Shown in pieces: positions 59,702-64,000 of a DNA stretch of 64,000 nucleotides. Position 1 is the first letter of the stretch; every line of letters begins with the position of its first letter. The position numbers and the translations under genes were made by a program. Origin of the DNA: Candidatus Latescibacterota bacterium (GTDB lineage Bacteria > Latescibacterota > UBA2968 > UBA8231); NCBI GenBank assembly GCA_963422735.1, contig OY730476.1:4128001-4192000 (forward strand), given 5' to 3'. Below the pieces are notes generated by a model that saw only the letters and a program-made list of their open reading frames with translations, did not search any database and was not told the origin of the DNA.

Positions 59702-60327
59702 CGGCGCAGCTTCTCCAGCACCGGCCCCAGCGTCGCCCATACGGTCTCGGCGACGATCTGGTGGCCTTCGGCGTTGGGATGGTTGCCGTCGGGTAGGTTC
59801 AGTGCGGGTTGGTCACCCACGCCCTCTAGGAGGAAGGGGATCAAGGCCGCGTTGTTTTTTTTTGCCAACGCCGGGAAAATCGCTGCAAACGCCTCTGCGT
59901 ACTCCGCGCCCAAATTGGGCGGCATCTGCATCCCGGCGATGACCAAAGCGGCTTTGAGATTTTTCGCTTTCACCCGCTCGACGATTTGTTGTAGGTTGGC
60001 GTGAGTGTCTTTGGTATCCACGCCGCGCAGGCCGTCATTGGCTCCCAATTCGAGGACAAAGACGTCGATGGGGCGGCGTAAGAGCCAGTCAATGCGGCGC
60101 AGCCCACCGGCTGAGGTCTCGCCGCTAAGCCCGGCATTGAAGACTTCAAAGTTCCAGCCGAGCGAATCGATCCGCGCCTGCACCAAAGCCGGAAAAGCCT
60201 GTTCGCGGTCGAGGCCGTAGCCGGCGGTCAGGCTATCGCCAAAAAAGAGAATGACGCGGCTGGAGTCCGCCTCCTCGGCATAGACGCTGCCGCCGAGTAA
60301 TGCCAAAAACAACGCGATGTATTTCAC
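59698..60327 (-). CDS. SGNH arylesterase (TesA-like)
   Basis: GDSLTAGYG, NAGLSGETS, LGANDGLRG, DGNHPN; signal peptide. Confidence 0.92.
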   Translation of the reverse strand: MKYIALFLALLGGSVYAEEADSSRVILFFGDSLTAGYGLDREQAFPALVQARIDSLGWNFEVFNAGLSGETSAGGLRRIDWLLRRPIDVFVLELGANDGLRGVDTKDTHANLQQIVERVKAKNLKAALVIAGMQMPPNLGAEYAEAFAAIFPALAKKNNAALIPFLLEGVGDQPALNLPDGNHPNAEGHQIVAETVWATLGPVLEKLRR

Positions 60328-60365
60328 CTTGTGTTCTCTCTTAGTTTTGCTCGTGCGCCTCTTGA

Positions 60366-61118
60366 TTATTGAAGCGAAAAATCCGCTGCGCCCGCGCCGA
60401 TAGCTGGTCCATAATCTCCGCATCTCCACCGGCAGCGGATCGGCCGCCTGGTACTAGTAGCCCAAGGTCGGGAAGTGGCGGTGGTACACCAGCGACAGCA
60501 TGGTGCGGTTGGGCGTGGCCGGTGCCAGACGTGCATATCGCGCACCACAGTGGAGCCAGCCGGCATATTGGTGCGAGCTGACGGCAAGGTCAATGCCCGC
60601 TCTTCCAAGCCGCCCGCTCGCCCCATGTCTGCCGGGTCTATCGTGGCCTCGTGATCCGTGATCAGATGCGTGCCCGGCCACACCTGTGTGCTGCCGTTTT
60701 CCTCGGTAAAGTCCACCAACGGAATATTCACGACCATCATGTGCGGCGGCATGGCAATGGGCAAATCGAGGAAAAGATGCAGTTGGTCGCGGTGGATGAC
60801 CTGCGTCTTTGGCCAGTTGGGCACCGTGGCGTTGCAGTGATAGGGCAGCTTGGCCCAAAAATCCTCGCCGAGCATGACGTCTAGGATCTGCACGGCCCAA
60901 GGGTTTTCAATCGCCAGCGGATCAATACAGGGCAGACGCAACAAATCGCTCGATGCCCGGCCTTCCAAATGGCCGTCCCAAGCCTCGCGCATCATATCGC
61001 ACCACGCCCGATCCATGGTTTCCTCCAAAATGCCCGCTTTCGGCACTTGGCACACCGCCTCGGCCAAGGTGTCGGCGGCGAGGTGCTGCTGTTCAATTTC
61101 TTGTGGCGATAGTTTCAT
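60366..61118 (-). pseudogene. PhyH-family dioxygenase with a C-terminal frameshift
   Basis: IHRD, NGSTQVWPGTH, RD..VWHR; RTMLSLVY continues in another frame and stops at 60454. Confidence 0.7.
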
Positions 61119-61216
61119 ACTCTGCCTTCTGTACCTCCAATTCTCGTGGATTGATAGAATATCTATATTAGCCCCATCCGCATCGCCGACCGCCTGAGCA
61201 TTTCCCCGGAGCCTGC

Positions 61217-62146
61217 ATGCAAACTACCATCTTAGGCCGCACCAACCTAACCGTCTCGCGCATGGGGCTAGGCACTGGCGGCCACAGCCGACTGGGGCGC
61301 CACACTGACCTAACCGACGCCCAATCCGCCGACCTCGTCCGCCGCGCCTTAGACCACGGCGTCAACTTTGTCGATACGGCCGAAGGCTATGGCACCGAAT
61401 CCATCGTCGGCCAAGCCCTACAGGGCCGCGACCGCACCTTTGTCATCCTCTCCACTAAAAAATCCACCCGCCACGAGCAGGTCACACCCGACATCTTGCG
61501 AGCCAGCCTCGACCAGAGTCTAAAGCGCCTACGCACCGACTATATCGACCTCTACAATCTTCACGGCGTCGTTCCCCAAGACTACCCCTATCTCGTCAAC
61601 GACATTTACCCTGCGCTGCAAAAGGCGCAGCAGCAGGGCAAAATACGCTTTGTCGGCCTCAGCGAGATGTTCAACGAAGACTTCGAACACTCCATGCTCC
61701 AGCAGGCCCTCGCCGACGACCTGTGGGATGTCCTGATGGTTGGCTTCAATCTGCTCAACCAGACCGCCCGTGCCAACGTCTTCGCGCAAGCCATCGCGCA
61801 AAATGTCGGCATCCAGATCATGTTCGCCGTTAGAAAGGCGCTTGGCCACCCCGACAACCTGCGCGCATTTACCGACGCGCTCGTCGAAGAGGGGCAGCTC
61901 GATCCTGCCGACCTCGACTTCTTTCCCGACTTCCTGTTGGCCGAGGCTCCGTCGCTACCCGACGCCGCCTACCGCTTTTGCCGCGACGAGCCCGGCGTCC
62001 ACGTCGTCCTTTCTGGCACGGGCAACGCCGATCACCTCGACGCCAACCTCGCGTCTTTCGCCCGTCCGCCGCTGACGCAAGAGACGCGCGACCGGCTCAT
62101 CCACATCTTCCGCCGCGTCAATTCCACCACAGGGCAAGCGTTGTAG
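61217..62146 (+). CDS. Aldo/keto reductase
   Basis: LGRTNLTVS.MGLG, VDTAEGYG, SLKRLRTDYIDLY.LH. Confidence 0.9.
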   Translation: MQTTILGRTNLTVSRMGLGTGGHSRLGRHTDLTDAQSADLVRRALDHGVNFVDTAEGYGTESIVGQALQGRDRTFVILSTKKSTRHEQVTPDILRASLDQSLKRLRTDYIDLYNLHGVVPQDYPYLVNDIYPALQKAQQQGKIRFVGLSEMFNEDFEHSMLQQALADDLWDVLMVGFNLLNQTARANVFAQAIAQNVGIQIMFAVRKALGHPDNLRAFTDALVEEGQLDPADLDFFPDFLLAEAPSLPDAAYRFCRDEPGVHVVLSGTGNADHLDANLASFARPPLTQETRDRLIHIFRRVNSTTGQAL

Positions 62147-62401
62147 CCCTTATCACCGGCCCTGGAATTGTCTCGCCTGCTGAGTCTTCGGCCCATGCCC
62201 GTTCGATAGCCGCAGAATCGGCCGCGTCTTCAAGCGCGGCGACCATGCGGCGGTACTCTTCAATTGGGACGACGGCGTATTCTGGCTCGCCGTCCTTCTC
62301 AACGATCTGCACATCCTGTTCGTTCATCGGTACGCTCGTCCTCTCTGGTCAATCTTTGCCACCAGCAATACCTTTCGCTCGTCATTGAGAGAGTAGATCA
62401 T
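62147..62401 (-). pseudogene. RelE/ParE toxin C-terminal stub plus truncated antitoxin
   Basis: IYSLNDERKVLLVAKIDQRGRAYR* overlapping (ATGA) MNEQDVQIVEKDGEPEYAVVPIEEYRRM, which lacks its HTH. Confidence 0.7.
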
Positions 62402-62536
62402 GGGGTTAATCCTCAGAAAAAGATGCGATTGGAATTTTATCGGCCCCGGCGCGCTCCGGCGTAACGACATCGCCTACGGAGGAGACGGGCAAAATGATAA
62501 GAAGCGATTGGCAAGACAATCATCGACCGCATCCGC

Positions 62537-63430
62537 TCAGCCCCACAACGCCCTGAGCCGAGGCAGCAAAATCTCCGCGTCGCGATCGGGAATATGGCCT
62601 TCCCAAACCCGGTTCTCCTCAGGCGTCGAGCGGTTGTAGGAATCCTGTAGCAAATCAGGCAGGCTGAGAGTGTGGAAGCGGGTCTTGAAAAAGCCATCGG
62701 CTGACAGCACAACGCTGCGATACCCCAAGGGAAAGCCGATCAGACAGGCTGTATCGACGACTAGGTAGTCGCGGTAGGCGGTGATGCGGTTGATGTGGCG
62801 GTGGCCGGTGAAGGCGGCGACGATAGCAGGGCTTTCGTCGAGCGTTTTGACCAGACGAGTCGCGCCTTCGACTAGGCCGCGGTCCCAGTCGAAGTCGGGC
62901 AGAATCCAAGTGTGGAGAACGAGCAGTAGGGCATAGCCATCGGCTCGGGCTTGAGCAGCGGCAACGCGCAGGGCCTCGTCGAGTGCGTTGCTCCAGACAC
63001 CGGCCCCTTTCTCAAAGACATCGCAGGCGTGGAACACGTTGGCCAGTGCCAGCCGCAGGCGTGGGGCAGCATCGACGACGATCAGCGGGTCGGGATAGGA
63101 AAAGCGGGCGGCGAAACCGGCGAAGGACCCGCTCTGGGCGTCGCAGTCGTGGTTGCCGGGTATTGAGTAGAAAGGGGCTTCAATCCGTGCGAAGGCCGTA
63201 GCCGCCTCGTCAATCGAGCGCAAATAGGTCTCGGTGGGCAGGTCGAAGGACGCCCCGCCGCAGAGAAAGTCGCCGCCGTGGACGACAAAGTCGAAATCCT
63301 GCGCGTTGAGGGCCGGGGGTATCGCGTTGAGCACCTCCTTACTGCGGGTGAGCATCTTGGGCGCACCGTAGTCTTCGGGGGCACCAGGGTAGTGGTGGGT
63401 ATCGGTGAGGAAGGCAAAGCGGACGGGCAT
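62537..63430 (-). CDS. Calcineurin-like metallophosphoesterase
   Basis: TDTH, GGD, PGNHD, GHRH. Confidence 0.88.
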   Translation of the reverse strand: MPVRFAFLTDTHHYPGAPEDYGAPKMLTRSKEVLNAIPPALNAQDFDFVVHGGDFLCGGASFDLPTETYLRSIDEAATAFARIEAPFYSIPGNHDCDAQSGSFAGFAARFSYPDPLIVVDAAPRLRLALANVFHACDVFEKGAGVWSNALDEALRVAAAQARADGYALLLVLHTWILPDFDWDRGLVEGATRLVKTLDESPAIVAAFTGHRHINRITAYRDYLVVDTACLIGFPLGYRSVVLSADGFFKTRFHTLSLPDLLQDSYNRSTPEENRVWEGHIPDRDAEILLPRLRALWG

Positions 63431-63444
63431 GGAAACGGCTCCTT

Positions 63445-63640
63445 GTGCGGAGGATTTTCTTCGATCTATACGGCACGTTGTTGCGAACGGTCTTTGACCT
63501 TTGCCGCGAGGGGTGGGATGTCGTTCGTGTCTCAAACTTGATGCCGGACAACTCGCCCGATGAAGATAGTATCGAATTCGTGCGACGCCGAGGAATGCTC
63601 TTGTTAAATCGCCGACTCGGTATGACTTATATAGGAGAGG
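63445..63640 (+). pseudogene. DUF5615-like PIN toxin remnant
   Basis: L.REGWDVVRV...PDEDSIEF.RR.G.LLL; start and end degraded. Confidence 0.55.
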
Positions 63641-63744
63641 TAATCGAGGACGAATCTTCTGCACCTCGACAAACCCCCCGGCTTGGAGGCTTTTGCCGTC
63701 GGCAGCCAAACGCGTAATTATATTCTCGCAGAGGCGATTAGCAA

Positions 63745-64000
63745 ATGTCCTATATAGACATCATTCCCCTAAAACGGGCCACCGGACTACTCAAAAAGCA
63801 GTGCGAAGCCGCCCTCGCTCGGGTCGGGCGCATTTGGGACATCGTCTCCATTATGAGTCTCAACCCCCGGGCCATGAAGGTTTCACTGGATTTTTACAAG
63901 ACCCTCATGTACGGCCCTTCGCCCCTGAGCGAGGCCAACGCAAGTTTCGGCCGAGAACCATTGCGTGTACTGAATACGCGCCCACGCCCTCCGGGCCGAG
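63745..64000 (+). pseudogene. AhpD/CMD-family peroxidase-like gene with a CxxU motif, frameshifted, cut by the window edge
   Basis: MSYIDII...MSLNP...LMYGPSPLS, then in a shifted frame VSAENHCVY[TGA]IRAH. Confidence 0.7.

Overview
A GC-rich bacterial chromosomal segment. The abundance of PhyH dioxygenases, Gfo/Idh/MocA and aldo-keto reductases, a sulfatase, an alpha2-type GlyRS and a FlgD-like C-terminal fragment suggests a Latescibacterota/Poribacteria-like, possibly host-associated organism (inference only). The first 13.4 kb is housekeeping: hisF end, proB, ftsB-like, recO, glyQS, tRNA-Leu(TAG), tig-clpP-clpX-engB, serA, purA, prpB/prpC. The remainder is catabolic and transport genes (form-II-like coxSLM, GMC oxidoreductase cluster, sat, YbbAP-like ABC transporter, ettA, purN) separated by spacers full of eroded defence and toxin-antitoxin remnants. 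The most notable observations are: (1) an intact ferritin-like DUF455/ATP-grasp fusion enzyme; (2) an internally duplicated membrane protein of unknown family coupled to GMC and Gfo/Idh/MocA oxidoreductases; (3) apparent depletion of CCWGG with an excess of its C->T products; (4) every recognisable toxin or nuclease is broken, including a D->G change in the AbiEii catalytic motif; (5) heptamer-armed 72-bp tandem repeats with a CRISPR-repeat-like core; (6) a CxxU (selenocysteine-type) AhpD-like gene at the right edge. All assignments are by eye from motifs; no database searches were run.
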